A DNA stretch of 22,179 bases from a bacterium (GCA_041640455.1 JBEQAF010000032.1:1-22179), one strand, 5' to 3'. Shown: positions 7,377 through 17,063, numbered from the stretch's first letter. Notes: generated by a model not told the origin, from the sequence alone. Program-made: numbers and translations.

Positions 7377-8833
7377 TCAAAGGATGAAAAAAGCTCCTCA
7401 AAGTTTGATCCGTCTTGGGGATAGCTTGATATTTTATAGATAAAGGGGATTTTTTCACTTTCCAGTTTTTCCTTGAGCAGATCTATCTTTTTGTTTATCT
7501 CTATAATATTTCCAGGTTCATAGACCACAAAATCATCTCCACCTGCCCTTACTACCATGGAAGGAGCCAAAAATATGGACTGCAATATATGAGCGACTTT
7601 GATTATTATCTCATCTCCCTTTATCCTTCCGTATTTTCTGTTTATCTCCGATATGCCTCTGATATCAATAAGAATCAGGTTAAACTGCGTGTTTTTCTGC
7701 ATCTTCTCTTTAAGGTAATTTCTCAGATATGGATACCAGTAAAGACCAGTAAGAAAATCAATATATACCATTGCCTCTCTGAACTTTTCAATATAGGGAG
7801 ATATGGAGCTTTTTGTTTCTTCTATCTCTTCTACCTCTTTTAACACAGTTAGAGCCACCTCGCTTAGCGCAGGATCAAATTTTTTACCAAATTCAGAGTT
7901 TATGTATGCAAGGACTTCGTTTTTGGGCATCTTTTTTCGGTAAGGTCTTAAGGATGAAAGTGCATCATAATTGTCGGCAATGGATATTATCCTTGATTCT
8001 AAGGGAATATTTTCACCCATTAACCCTTCAGGATAACCCCCCCCGCCAAAGTTTTCATGATGATATTTTATCCACGGGATTATGCTTTTAAGGGGAGATA
8101 TTTCAGAAACTATGAGTGCACTCATTCCAGGATGATTTTTCATGATCATATATTCGAACTCTGTCAGTTTTCCTGGTTTTAAAAGTATAAGATCCGGAAT
8201 ACCTACTTTACCTACATCGTGAAGAAGGCCAGCCAGCTCAAGCTTTTTCAGGGATTCCTCTTCAAACCCCAATCTTTTTGCTATCTCTACAGAAAAAAAA
8301 GCAACTCTCTCCGAATGACCTCTTGTATAGGGATCTCTGGCTTCAATAGCATTAGCAAGAGCCTTTACCGACTGGATGGCGAGCTGCTCCAGCATCTCTG
8401 TTCTTTCTTTAAGCAGACTTTCTATATGGCTAAAATATTTTTTATGCTGTTTTATATTAAGGCAGAAATTTAAAGCATTTTCTATCTTTTCTTTAATCTG
8501 CTGAAGAGTAAATGGTTTGGGAATAAAATCATAAACTCCCTTTGATAAAGCCGATTGAATAATATCAACATTTATGGAGCCACTGATAATAATAACAGGC
8601 ACATCTTTGTACTGCCCGCTCTTAAGATAGTCCACAAAAGGCAGGGAGTTAACACCTTTCAGAAATACATCAAGTATAACCAGATCCAGATCGGGATTTT
8701 CGGAAAGGAAAGACTGGGCATCGGCTGTATCTTTAAATGCATTTACATTGTATCCCAGAAGCTCCGAAAAGTCCTTCAGCATCTCTCTGGGTGCTTCATC
8801 ATCATCTATTATGAGAATTCTCGGTTCTCTCAT
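7373..8833 (-). CDS. Response regulator REC + HD-GYP phosphodiesterase + degenerate GGDEF domain
   Basis: ILIIDDD/DLVILD/KPF REC; GHSERV, LLHDVGK, HHE...GYP, RIISIAD; DFLTGL, IN...YG...GD, RAGGDDF. Confidence 0.92.
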   Translation of the reverse strand: MREPRILIIDDDEAPREMLKDFSELLGYNVNAFKDTADAQSFLSENPDLDLVILDVFLKGVNSLPFVDYLKSGQYKDVPVIIISGSINVDIIQSALSKGVYDFIPKPFTLQQIKEKIENALNFCLNIKQHKKYFSHIESLLKERTEMLEQLAIQSVKALANAIEARDPYTRGHSERVAFFSVEIAKRLGFEEESLKKLELAGLLHDVGKVGIPDLILLKPGKLTEFEYMIMKNHPGMSALIVSEISPLKSIIPWIKYHHENFGGGGYPEGLMGENIPLESRIISIADNYDALSSLRPYRKKMPKNEVLAYINSEFGKKFDPALSEVALTVLKEVEEIEETKSSISPYIEKFREAMVYIDFLTGLYWYPYLRNYLKEKMQKNTQFNLILIDIRGISEINRKYGRIKGDEIIIKVAHILQSIFLAPSMVVRAGGDDFVVYEPGNIIEINKKIDLLKEKLESEKIPFIYKISSYPQDGSNFEELFSSFD

Positions 8834-11037
8834 CTAATACCCAGAATTGACAACAGGTCATTGAAATTAAAAGGTTTTATCAAAAAGGGTCTTCCTGTCT
8901 TTTTCAGTTTCTCTCTCATATCAAGCCCCACATCACCTGTGATGAAAAATATTCTTTTTGCAAGCTCAGGTCTGTTATGAAGTAGATCGTAATAAATATT
9001 AAAGCCATCGCTATCAGGAAGCCTTATATCCAGAATAATTACATCATAATCATTATTATCTATCAACCTTGACGCACTAACCGCATCCTTTGCCTCATCA
9101 ACTTTAAACTTGAAAGTAAACAGGATATCAGCCAGATACTCTCTTATCGTCATGTCATCATCTATTATCAGCGCCTTTTTGTAATCGCTTATCTCCACAT
9201 CTGCCTTTTCTTCATCTTCTTTTATTGCGCTTGACTGCTGAGTTCTATTAACCGGTAATTCTATCTTAAAGGTGGTACCTTCCTTAGAGGTCTCAAAGCT
9301 AATATCTCCTTCATGCATCTGCACTATCCTGTGAACCAGTGACAGCCCAAGCCCTGTCCCCTTTCCATGAGATTTGGTGGTAAAAAAGGGCTGAAAAATC
9401 TTTTCTCTAATATTTTCTGGAATGCCTGGACCGTTATCAGAGATAATTATATGAATTCTATCAGAGCCGACCAAAAACGCCTTTAAAGAAATCCTGCTCC
9501 CCTTTTTTGAACTAACTATGGCATCAAAGGCATTCTGCAATAGATTTAAAACTACCTGCTGGATCAGACCGGAATTGCAGTAAACCAGCGGAAGATTTTC
9601 CTGTATATCCATTTCCAATTTAATGTTGTTTTCCTCCAGAGCTGCAGATATGAGAAAACTAACCTCACTTAGTGTGGCTGTGAGGTCATTATACGACATG
9701 TCAGTAACCTGCTGTTTTCTGGAAAACTTAAGCAGATTTTCAATAATATTTTTTACCCTCAAGCTCTCTTTCTGCATCTTATCAATCACATCAAGCACCT
9801 TCTTGGGTAGCAGATCCTTATAAAAACCCAGAAGCTCCGCATAGCCGATTATACCGGTGATAGGATTATTTATCTCGTGGGCTATACTTGCGGCAAGCTC
9901 TCCTATGGACACCAGCTTGGCTGACTGAATAAGCTCCTCCTGTGATTTGAGCTCGCTGGTAATATCATTAAATGTTATAAGCACACCCTCTTTCTCATCT
10001 ACAAAAAGCGGAGAAGCGTTTATCTTGTAATAGCTATCACCTATTGAGCATGTTCTGGTAAAAAACTTATTCTCTCCAGAAATCTCGTTAAAAATCTCTT
10101 CCACTGAAGTATCGCAGATGCTTTCTACCAGACCATTATTCATCCTCGCGGTCTTCTGGACTATCTCCTTTGCCTTGTCATTCATCTTGATAATCTGCCT
10201 GTTCATGCCTATAAAAATCAAGCCTTCATTCATTCTTGATATGAGATTTTCCAGAAGAATGTTTATCTGCTGAATGTGTTTCTCCTTTAAAATCTCGCTG
10301 GTTATATCCTCATGAATCTCTACAATCTTTCTTACCTTTCCATCGGCATCGTATATGGGATAAGAGGAGATGTTTATATAGCGAGTTCCCGAATCGGTAT
10401 TAACCTCAATAATGTCTTTGTGTGGAACTCCGCTAAAACTTTTTTTGGCGGGACACTCATCAGCCTGAAGACAGAACTCCTTACCAAAGGTAAAATCATA
10501 ACAGTGTCTACCTTTAATATCTGCCAGCTTTAAATTTTTTCGGTTTAAAAAGCTTTTATTGGCAAGGTCAACAGTGAGGTCTTCTCTTATGATTAGAATA
10601 TCACTGCCCACGCTGTTTATTACCGTATTAAGAAAATCCCTTTCCTGCTTGAGCTCCAGCTCAGCCTTTCTGACACGCAAAGCCGCTCTGATGCGGGCAA
10701 AGAGCTCGTTCTCGTCAAAGGGCTTTGTTATATAGTCAATAGCGCCAATTGACAAACCTTCCACCAGATCCTTTTTGTCAAGATATCTGGCTGTAAGAAA
10801 AATAATCGGGATATCGCTGATTCGTGAATCTGACTTAATCTGCTTACACAGCGAAAAACCATCCAGCTCAGGCATCATAATATCAAGAATTATAAGATCT
10901 GGCTTCTCCTTTAATATCAAATCCTTAGCCTCCAACGGATACTGACACAAAAGCGTCTCATAACCCTTCTGTTTTAAATAAAGGTTAAGGATTTTTAGAT
11001 TATCCTGCTCATCATCAACAACTAATATTTTTTCCAT
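8830..11037 (-). CDS. Cytoplasmic hybrid histidine kinase REC-PAS-PAS-HisKA-HATPase-REC
   Basis: AHEINNP H-box, NLLQNA, DNGPGI, FQPFFTTK, GTGLGL; REC domains at both ends; no TM helix. Confidence 0.93.
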   Translation of the reverse strand: MEKILVVDDEQDNLKILNLYLKQKGYETLLCQYPLEAKDLILKEKPDLIILDIMMPELDGFSLCKQIKSDSRISDIPIIFLTARYLDKKDLVEGLSIGAIDYITKPFDENELFARIRAALRVRKAELELKQERDFLNTVINSVGSDILIIREDLTVDLANKSFLNRKNLKLADIKGRHCYDFTFGKEFCLQADECPAKKSFSGVPHKDIIEVNTDSGTRYINISSYPIYDADGKVRKIVEIHEDITSEILKEKHIQQINILLENLISRMNEGLIFIGMNRQIIKMNDKAKEIVQKTARMNNGLVESICDTSVEEIFNEISGENKFFTRTCSIGDSYYKINASPLFVDEKEGVLITFNDITSELKSQEELIQSAKLVSIGELAASIAHEINNPITGIIGYAELLGFYKDLLPKKVLDVIDKMQKESLRVKNIIENLLKFSRKQQVTDMSYNDLTATLSEVSFLISAALEENNIKLEMDIQENLPLVYCNSGLIQQVVLNLLQNAFDAIVSSKKGSRISLKAFLVGSDRIHIIISDNGPGIPENIREKIFQPFFTTKSHGKGTGLGLSLVHRIVQMHEGDISFETSKEGTTFKIELPVNRTQQSSAIKEDEEKADVEISDYKKALIIDDDMTIREYLADILFTFKFKVDEAKDAVSASRLIDNNDYDVIILDIRLPDSDGFNIYYDLLHNRPELAKRIFFITGDVGLDMREKLKKTGRPFLIKPFNFNDLLSILGIR

Positions 11038-11046
11038 AACTATGAT

Positions 11047-11111
11047 ATTTTAAAGGATTTTGTAATATTTTGTAAATCTAATTGATATTTTTATACCACA
11101 AGTTTTAAAAT
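11047..11111. promoter_or_regulatory. Divergent promoters for the kinase (-) and pabB (+)
   Basis: Plus: TTGATA (11082-87), 18 nt, TAAAAT (11106-11), 8 nt, ATG. Minus: TTTACA (11071-76), 18 nt, TAAAAT (11047-52), 9 nt, ATG. Neither has an SD. Confidence 0.45.
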
Positions 11112-11119
11112 ATTCCACA

Positions 11120-12472
11120 ATGAATTTTGAAGAAATAAGAATTTTCAAGCACTTAGATGAGATAATTACGTCATTTGGCGGAAAAGAGGGATTTTACCTT
11201 CTGGACAGCGGATCTGCTGAGCTGCCGAGGGGCAGATTCTCCTATGCGGGGATTCACCCTGATTTTACAGTTTTTCAGGATGGAGCAAGACTTTTTTTAA
11301 AAAAAGATGGTTCAACCCGTGAGATTGAGGGAGACATTTTTTCTTTTTTAAAAAAATTTGTAAAAAATAGAAAAAAAGGGTATTTCCCTTTTAATGGTGG
11401 TTTTATCGGTTATCTTACCTACGATTTTGGCTGGCTTGTGGAGGCTATGAAGAAAGCAACTTTAAAAAAGATAGAGCCTCCTATCTGTTACGCAAAATTT
11501 AATTATTATTCGGAGATAATTATTTATGATCATCTGGAAGATAGGTTTTACTATCTCTGGGAAGATGAGAAAAAATATTTTGATGAGCTTAAAAAATTTT
11601 ACAAAAAAGAGCTTAAAGCTGAAACATACACCATGCCTGTAGAGCTTAAATCTGTCTTTACCAAAGATAGTTACAGAGATGCTATAAAAAAAACCAAAAA
11701 GTATATAGAAGCAGGAGATATTTATCAGGCAAATATCTCTCAGAGATTTGAGACCCAACTCAGCATCAACCCTTCTACTTTTTATATGAAGTTAAGACAT
11801 ATCAGTCCTGCTCCTTTTGGTGCGTACCTAAAAGATGACAATATTGCCATACTCTGCAACTCCCCGGAGAGATTTATTTTTAAAAAGGGAAGATATATAG
11901 AGACCTGCCCAATAAAGGGTACAAGAAAAAGGTTTAAAGAGCTAAAAAAAGACAGGCTTTCAAAAAAAGAGCTTAAAAACAGTATAAAAGACCGGGCAGA
12001 GCATATAATGATAGTAGATCTCGAAAGGAACGACCTTGGTAAAATATGTAAGACCGGATCGGTAAAGGTAAAAAAAATGTTCTCCATAGAGACCTATGCC
12101 AATGTACATCATATGGTATCAACTGTTTATGGAAGATTAAAAAAGGGGGTTCATATTGCCGATTGCCTCAAAGCCACTTTTCCTGGCGGCTCTATTACCG
12201 GTGCCCCGAAGATAAGGGCAATGGAGATAATTGAAGAGATTGAGCCCTTTAACAGAGGTATTTATTGCGGATCCATTGGTTATATAGATCTATCAGGAGA
12301 TGCAGACTTTAACATAGCCATAAGAACGGGTGTAATGACCGGTAACAGACTATATTTTTATGTAGGAGGTGGAATTGTGGCAGATTCGGATCCTGACTTG
12401 GAGTATGAAGAAACCATAACGAAGGCACGGGCTTTTCTATCTGTTCTTGATCTTATGGAGCTTAAAGACTGA
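11120..12472 (+). CDS. pabB: Aminodeoxychorismate synthase component I
   Basis: LLDS, GDIYQANIS, SPERF, PIKGT (PabB-type, versus PIAGT in TrpE), MIVDLERND, FPGGSITGAPK. Confidence 0.9.
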   Translation: MNFEEIRIFKHLDEIITSFGGKEGFYLLDSGSAELPRGRFSYAGIHPDFTVFQDGARLFLKKDGSTREIEGDIFSFLKKFVKNRKKGYFPFNGGFIGYLTYDFGWLVEAMKKATLKKIEPPICYAKFNYYSEIIIYDHLEDRFYYLWEDEKKYFDELKKFYKKELKAETYTMPVELKSVFTKDSYRDAIKKTKKYIEAGDIYQANISQRFETQLSINPSTFYMKLRHISPAPFGAYLKDDNIAILCNSPERFIFKKGRYIETCPIKGTRKRFKELKKDRLSKKELKNSIKDRAEHIMIVDLERNDLGKICKTGSVKVKKMFSIETYANVHHMVSTVYGRLKKGVHIADCLKATFPGGSITGAPKIRAMEIIEEIEPFNRGIYCGSIGYIDLSGDADFNIAIRTGVMTGNRLYFYVGGGIVADSDPDLEYEETITKARAFLSVLDLMELKD

Positions 12473-13311
12473 TGATTTTATATCTCAACGGTAAATTTTG
12501 TAGCCAGTCTGAAGCATTATTGTCTCCTTTTGATAGAGGTTTTCTTTATGGTGAAGGGCTTTTTGAAACAATCAGATGTTACAAAGGTACAGCCTTTCTT
12601 CTTAACAGACATCTTGAGAGACTTTTTAACGGATTAGAGGAGTTAAAAATAAAAATTCCCATTAAAAAGAGGGATTTTAAGCCAATAATTAAAAAACTAC
12701 TCCAGCAGAACCAGCTTTTAGAAACTGATGCATATCTAAGGATTACTGTAACAAGAGGTGTTACCGGCTCGGTACGAGATTTCAGTTCAGAAAAGCCAAC
12801 TGTTCTAATATTTGCACGAAACTTAGACTCAAAATACTATGATAGTCTGAGAAAAAAGGGGGTAGTCCTCAGGGCAGTAAAATATTACAGATCCTTTCTT
12901 CCCCACCTGAAACATACCGGCTACCTGCCATCTATTTATGGAATGCTAAATAACCCGGATGTGTATGATGTTGTGTTTCTTGATGACAACGAAAATCTTC
13001 TTGAAACCGCTACATCTAATATTTTTTTTATAAAAAACAATCAGATATTTACCCCTGCCAGTAAGATACTCAAAGGCATACAAAGGGAGTTTGTAATGGA
13101 GATTTTAAATAAGCAGGGGCTCTCTGTTTCTGAAATAGATATAAATGTTAACCAGATATCTGAATACGAGTCAGCCTTTATAACAAACTCGCTTGTTGAG
13201 CTTCTGCCTGTAAAAAAAATTGGCAATAAGGTCTTTAACATAACCCAGCCGCTAAATATCTATGGGCTTATAAAAAAAGAAATTCAAAAAAAACTAAAGA
13301 ACATATCTTGA
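12472..13311 (+). CDS. pabC: Class IV aminotransferase, probably 4-amino-4-deoxychorismate lyase
   Basis: DRGFLYGEGLFETIR, HLERL, catalytic K in HLKHTGY, ETATSNIF, ILKGIQR; coupled to pabB. Confidence 0.78.
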   Translation: MILYLNGKFCSQSEALLSPFDRGFLYGEGLFETIRCYKGTAFLLNRHLERLFNGLEELKIKIPIKKRDFKPIIKKLLQQNQLLETDAYLRITVTRGVTGSVRDFSSEKPTVLIFARNLDSKYYDSLRKKGVVLRAVKYYRSFLPHLKHTGYLPSIYGMLNNPDVYDVVFLDDNENLLETATSNIFFIKNNQIFTPASKILKGIQREFVMEILNKQGLSVSEIDINVNQISEYESAFITNSLVELLPVKKIGNKVFNITQPLNIYGLIKKEIQKKLKNIS

Positions 13312-13333
13312 CAAATTTGTAGTTTGTGATAAT
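13308..13333 (+). promoter_or_regulatory. Putative promoter of the CODH operon
   Basis: TGTGATAAT extended -10 (13325-13333), 9 nt before ATG; TTGACA at 13308-13313 with non-canonical 14-nt spacing. Confidence 0.4.
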
Positions 13334-13342
13334 TAGATTAGT

Positions 13343-14560
13343 ATGAAGATTATTGTAATTGGTGGCAGTATTGCTACCCATTCAATAGTCCAGACTCTTC
13401 TAAGGTACGGCAGAGATCTTAACATAACAATTATCTCAGAGGAATCTGATATTTTTTACTCTAAATGTCTGCTTACCTATCTTTTAGGAAAGGAGATCGA
13501 AGAAAAGGAGCTATTTTTCGGCTCTGTCGGTCAGCTAAATGGTCGAGTTAAGCTTTATAGTAATACAAAGGCGATAGCTATTGACGGTCAGAACAAAAAG
13601 GTTATCTGTGATAATGGTCTGAGTTTTGACTATGACAGGCTTGTTATTGCCACTGGTGCTGATCCCATCAAACCCTCCTATTGCAAAGAAGAGAACAGAG
13701 TATTTACTGTCAGATACAAGAATGACATTGCAAAAATAGAAAAGCATCTTAAAAATAGAGCAGTTGTAATTGGCGGCGGATATGTGGGCTTGAAAACCGC
13801 ATTTAGCCTTGTCAGGAGAAACATTGATACCACCGTGATTATCTCATCACAATACCCTTTGTCTGTAACTGCAGATGAGGAGACTGGAAAAACCATAGAA
13901 AAAGAGCTAAATCAGATGGGGATAAAAACAATAACCCGCTGTGATGTGAGAGAGATAGCTCCAAAAAACGATAATATTAAGATATGCTTAACATCTGGTG
14001 ATGAGATTTCAGCTGACCTTTGCATTGTGGGAAAAGGGGTGAAACCAAGAACTGAGCTTTTATCAAATAGCTCTGTGTCAGTCAATGTTGGTATTCCAGT
14101 AAACCAGTATCTTCAGACGTCAGATCCAGACATATTTGCTATTGGTGACTGTGCTGAAACTTATGATATTGTCAGAGAAGATAATTACCTTAACGCCATC
14201 TGGCCTAATGCGGTTGAACAGGCTTATTATGCAGCTTTGAATATACTGGGCAGAAATGTATCTTATGCTGGCTCAGTTTTAATGAACAGCATAAAAACCG
14301 ACCAGTTTCATCTGATCACAGCAGGCATATTAAAAGGAGATGGAGTAACTTTATATGAACATAGAAACAGTTCAAAAAATCAGTATCGGAAAATTGCATT
14401 GAAAAACGGCAGGCTTGTAGGATTAGCCTTCTTTAACAACCCTGAAGATGCGGGATTTTATGTAAACCTTGTTAAAAAGGGCGGTATGTTTGTAGACAAA
14501 CCGCTTGAATTTCTTGAAAAAGCAGATATTAGATCGGTCTATTACAGACCCTTCAGATAG
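13343..14560 (+). CDS. FAD-dependent NAD(P)H oxidoreductase (FNOR, CODH-associated)
   Basis: YDRLVIATG, VVIGGGYVGL, TSDPDIFAIGD, WPNAVEQ. Confidence 0.88.
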   Translation: MKIIVIGGSIATHSIVQTLLRYGRDLNITIISEESDIFYSKCLLTYLLGKEIEEKELFFGSVGQLNGRVKLYSNTKAIAIDGQNKKVICDNGLSFDYDRLVIATGADPIKPSYCKEENRVFTVRYKNDIAKIEKHLKNRAVVIGGGYVGLKTAFSLVRRNIDTTVIISSQYPLSVTADEETGKTIEKELNQMGIKTITRCDVREIAPKNDNIKICLTSGDEISADLCIVGKGVKPRTELLSNSSVSVNVGIPVNQYLQTSDPDIFAIGDCAETYDIVREDNYLNAIWPNAVEQAYYAALNILGRNVSYAGSVLMNSIKTDQFHLITAGILKGDGVTLYEHRNSSKNQYRKIALKNGRLVGLAFFNNPEDAGFYVNLVKKGGMFVDKPLEFLEKADIRSVYYRPFR

Positions 14561-14569
14561 GGAGGCTTT

Positions 14570-15166
14570 ATGAAAACCATAATCATCCAGCCAGAAAGAT
14601 GCGTGGGCTGTATGCAGTGTAGATTTAACTGTGCGGTTGCCCACTCAAAGGCAAAAAATATTTTATCAATTTTTGAAACCCCTCTATCCAAACCAAGAAT
14701 TCACATTGCCCTTTCTTCTGAAAAGGAGCCATTTCCCAATAAATGCAGGCACTGCAATCCTGCGCCCTGTGAAAATGCCTGTATTACAAAAGCCATCTAT
14801 AGAGACGAAGCAACAGATGCAGCACTGATAAATCCAGATAGATGTATTAACTGCGGCATGTGTGCTATGGCTTGCCCTTTTGGTGTGGTAAGATATCATA
14901 CCTATCTGCATGGTAGATTGGCTGCTCATAAATGTGATCAGTGTATATTAAGAATCAAAGAAGGTGAGAAACCTGCCTGTGTAGAAGCCTGTAAAGTGGG
15001 GGCACTTTTTTTTGACGATATAAATAAATTTATGAAAGAAAGAGAGGGACAGCGGGTTGCCAATCTGGTATATCTGGGCATAAGAGAAAAGCAAGAACCG
15101 AAGGGAAACAGCTACGAAGCTTTAAAAAAATATGAAAAAGACCTTTTGGTTTTAAGGAGGAGATAA
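14570..15166 (+). CDS. cooF: CooF-like 4x[4Fe-4S] electron transfer protein
   Basis: CVGCMQCRFNC, CRHCNPAPCENAC, CINCGMCAMACP, KCDQC...PACVEAC; GGAGG RBS; adjacent to cooS. Confidence 0.9.
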   Translation: MKTIIIQPERCVGCMQCRFNCAVAHSKAKNILSIFETPLSKPRIHIALSSEKEPFPNKCRHCNPAPCENACITKAIYRDEATDAALINPDRCINCGMCAMACPFGVVRYHTYLHGRLAAHKCDQCILRIKEGEKPACVEACKVGALFFDDINKFMKEREGQRVANLVYLGIREKQEPKGNSYEALKKYEKDLLVLRRR

Positions 15167-15167
15167 A

Positions 15168-17036
15168 ATGAAGGACTTTAAAGAATATTCCATATGTGAT
15201 GATGCAAGACTTATGCTAAAAAAGGCAGAGACAGAGGGTGTAGAGACAGTCTGGGATAGGAAAAAATTGCAGGAACCTCATTGTGGTTTTTGTGAACTCG
15301 GGCTATCCTGCCGTATCTGCACCATGGGTCCATGTAGAATTGACCCCTTTGGTGACGGTCCCCAAAAGGGTGTTTGTGGAGCCGATGCGGATATTATGGT
15401 GGCAAGAAATCTTTTAAGAATGATTGCCGCAGGCTCAGCCTCTCATTCTGACCATGGGAGAGACCTGGTAGAGGTGTTATATAAGGTATCGGAAAACAAA
15501 GCTCCTGGCTATACAATAAAAGATCCTGAAAAGCTGAAAAGACTTGCGAGAGAATATGATATAGAGACGGAAAATAAATCTGACCTGGAGATTGCAAAAG
15601 AATTAGCTCTATCAATGATGGAAGATTTTGGTATGAAAAGAGAATGCATAAAGCTTATAAATAGGGCACCCAGGAAGAGAATTGAGCTTTGGGAAAAACT
15701 TAAAGTTATACCGAGAGGTATAGATAGAGAAACCTCTGAATCCATGCACAGGACACATATGGGCGTTGACAATGACTATATATCCCTTATGCTGCAGGGA
15801 GTGAGAAATAGTCTTTCAGACGGCTATGGCGGTTCTATGATAGGTACTGAAGTATCGGATATTCTTTTTGGCACACCGGAACCCAGAATGTCAGCTTTAA
15901 ATCTGGGGGTTTTAAAGGAAGATCATGTAAATATTCTGGTACATGGTCATAACCCCGTGGTATCGGAGATGGTTTTCCTGGCAGTAGAAGACAAAGAGTT
16001 AAATGATCTTGCAAAGTCCTACGGAGCAAAGGGTATTAACCTTGCAGGGCTATGCTGTACAGGAAATGAGCTGATGATGAGAAAGGGAATACCAATGGCT
16101 GGAAACCATCTTATGACGGAGCTAACTATGGTAACCGGTGTGGTCGAAGCAATTATTGTGGACTACCAGTGTATTATGCCTGCCCTTTCGGATGTGGCAA
16201 AGTGCTACCATACACTGCTTTTCTCCACCTCAGACAAGGCAAAGTTTCCAGGAATGGAGCATTTTGAGTTTAACCCTCAAAACGCTAAAGAAATGGCTTA
16301 TACAATCGTGAAAAAAGCGGTGGAAAACTTCAAAAACAGATGGGTTGAAAAGATAAATATACCTGTTTCTGAAGTAAAAAGCATGACTGGTTTCTCCGTT
16401 GAAGCCATTTTAAAGGCACTCGGAGGCTCACTGACCCCACTTCTGGATGCCGTTAAGGCAGGCAAAATAAAAGGTGCTGTGGGTATTGTGGGCTGTAATA
16501 ACCCAAGAATCAAGCATGACTTAGGACATGTAGAGCTGGCTAAAAAGCTTATTGCCAATGACATTCTGGTGCTAACCACAGGCTGCGCAAATGTGGCTAT
16601 CGGAAAAGCAGGGCTTCAGGTTCCAGAAGGAAAGGCATTTGCAGGAGAAGGGCTCAAGGAGATCTGCTCAGCACTCGGTATCCCGCCATCACTTCATGTG
16701 GGCTCCTGTGTGGATAACTCACGACTGCTTGTAATCGCCTCAGCCCTTGCAAACAGTCTGGGAGTTGATATTGATGCGCTACCTCTTGCTGGAGCGGCTC
16801 CTGAATGGTATTCCGAAAAGGCTGTAGCTATTGCCTTCTATGTGATGGCAAGCGGAATCTATACAGTTTTAGGCGTAATGCCACCAATACTTGGTAGTAA
16901 AAATATAGTAAATCTTGCTACAGAGGGGTTAGAAAAGGTTTTTGGTTCTCGATTTGCAGTGGAGCCTGATCCGCTAAAGGCGGCAGATTTAATAATTGAG
17001 CATATTAACAAAAAAAGAAAAGCTCTTGGCATTTAA
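15168..17036 (+). CDS. cooS: Anaerobic Ni-Fe carbon monoxide dehydrogenase catalytic subunit
   Basis: B-cluster CRICTMGPC...GVCG; HSDH; C-cluster ligands HGHNP, LCCTG, DYQC, GCNN, TTGC, GSCVD; SEKA lysine. Confidence 0.97.
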   Translation: MKDFKEYSICDDARLMLKKAETEGVETVWDRKKLQEPHCGFCELGLSCRICTMGPCRIDPFGDGPQKGVCGADADIMVARNLLRMIAAGSASHSDHGRDLVEVLYKVSENKAPGYTIKDPEKLKRLAREYDIETENKSDLEIAKELALSMMEDFGMKRECIKLINRAPRKRIELWEKLKVIPRGIDRETSESMHRTHMGVDNDYISLMLQGVRNSLSDGYGGSMIGTEVSDILFGTPEPRMSALNLGVLKEDHVNILVHGHNPVVSEMVFLAVEDKELNDLAKSYGAKGINLAGLCCTGNELMMRKGIPMAGNHLMTELTMVTGVVEAIIVDYQCIMPALSDVAKCYHTLLFSTSDKAKFPGMEHFEFNPQNAKEMAYTIVKKAVENFKNRWVEKINIPVSEVKSMTGFSVEAILKALGGSLTPLLDAVKAGKIKGAVGIVGCNNPRIKHDLGHVELAKKLIANDILVLTTGCANVAIGKAGLQVPEGKAFAGEGLKEICSALGIPPSLHVGSCVDNSRLLVIASALANSLGVDIDALPLAGAAPEWYSEKAVAIAFYVMASGIYTVLGVMPPILGSKNIVNLATEGLEKVFGSRFAVEPDPLKAADLIIEHINKKRKALGI

Positions 17037-17063
17037 CAATAAAGGGGAGTTCACCCTCCCCTT
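17036..17063. terminator. Intrinsic, probably bidirectional, terminator between cooS and the methyltransferase
   Basis: AAGGGGAG-TTCACC-CTCCCCTT hairpin (17042-17063); U-rich tail on the minus strand; methyltransferase stop codon lies in the loop. Confidence 0.7.

Noticed and set aside
5288..8833. yajQ and the HD-GYP gene as a c-di-GMP module
   Set aside because: Separate transcription units, and yajQ is a widespread housekeeping gene
11120..13311. pabB-pabC without pabA
   Set aside because: Ordinary; the glutaminase is often encoded elsewhere or shared with TrpG
13308..13340. Possible CooA/Rex operator before the CODH operon (ACAAATTTGT palindrome, TTGTGA half-site)
   Set aside because: No full TGTCA-N6-TGACA or TTGTGAA-N4-TTCACAA site
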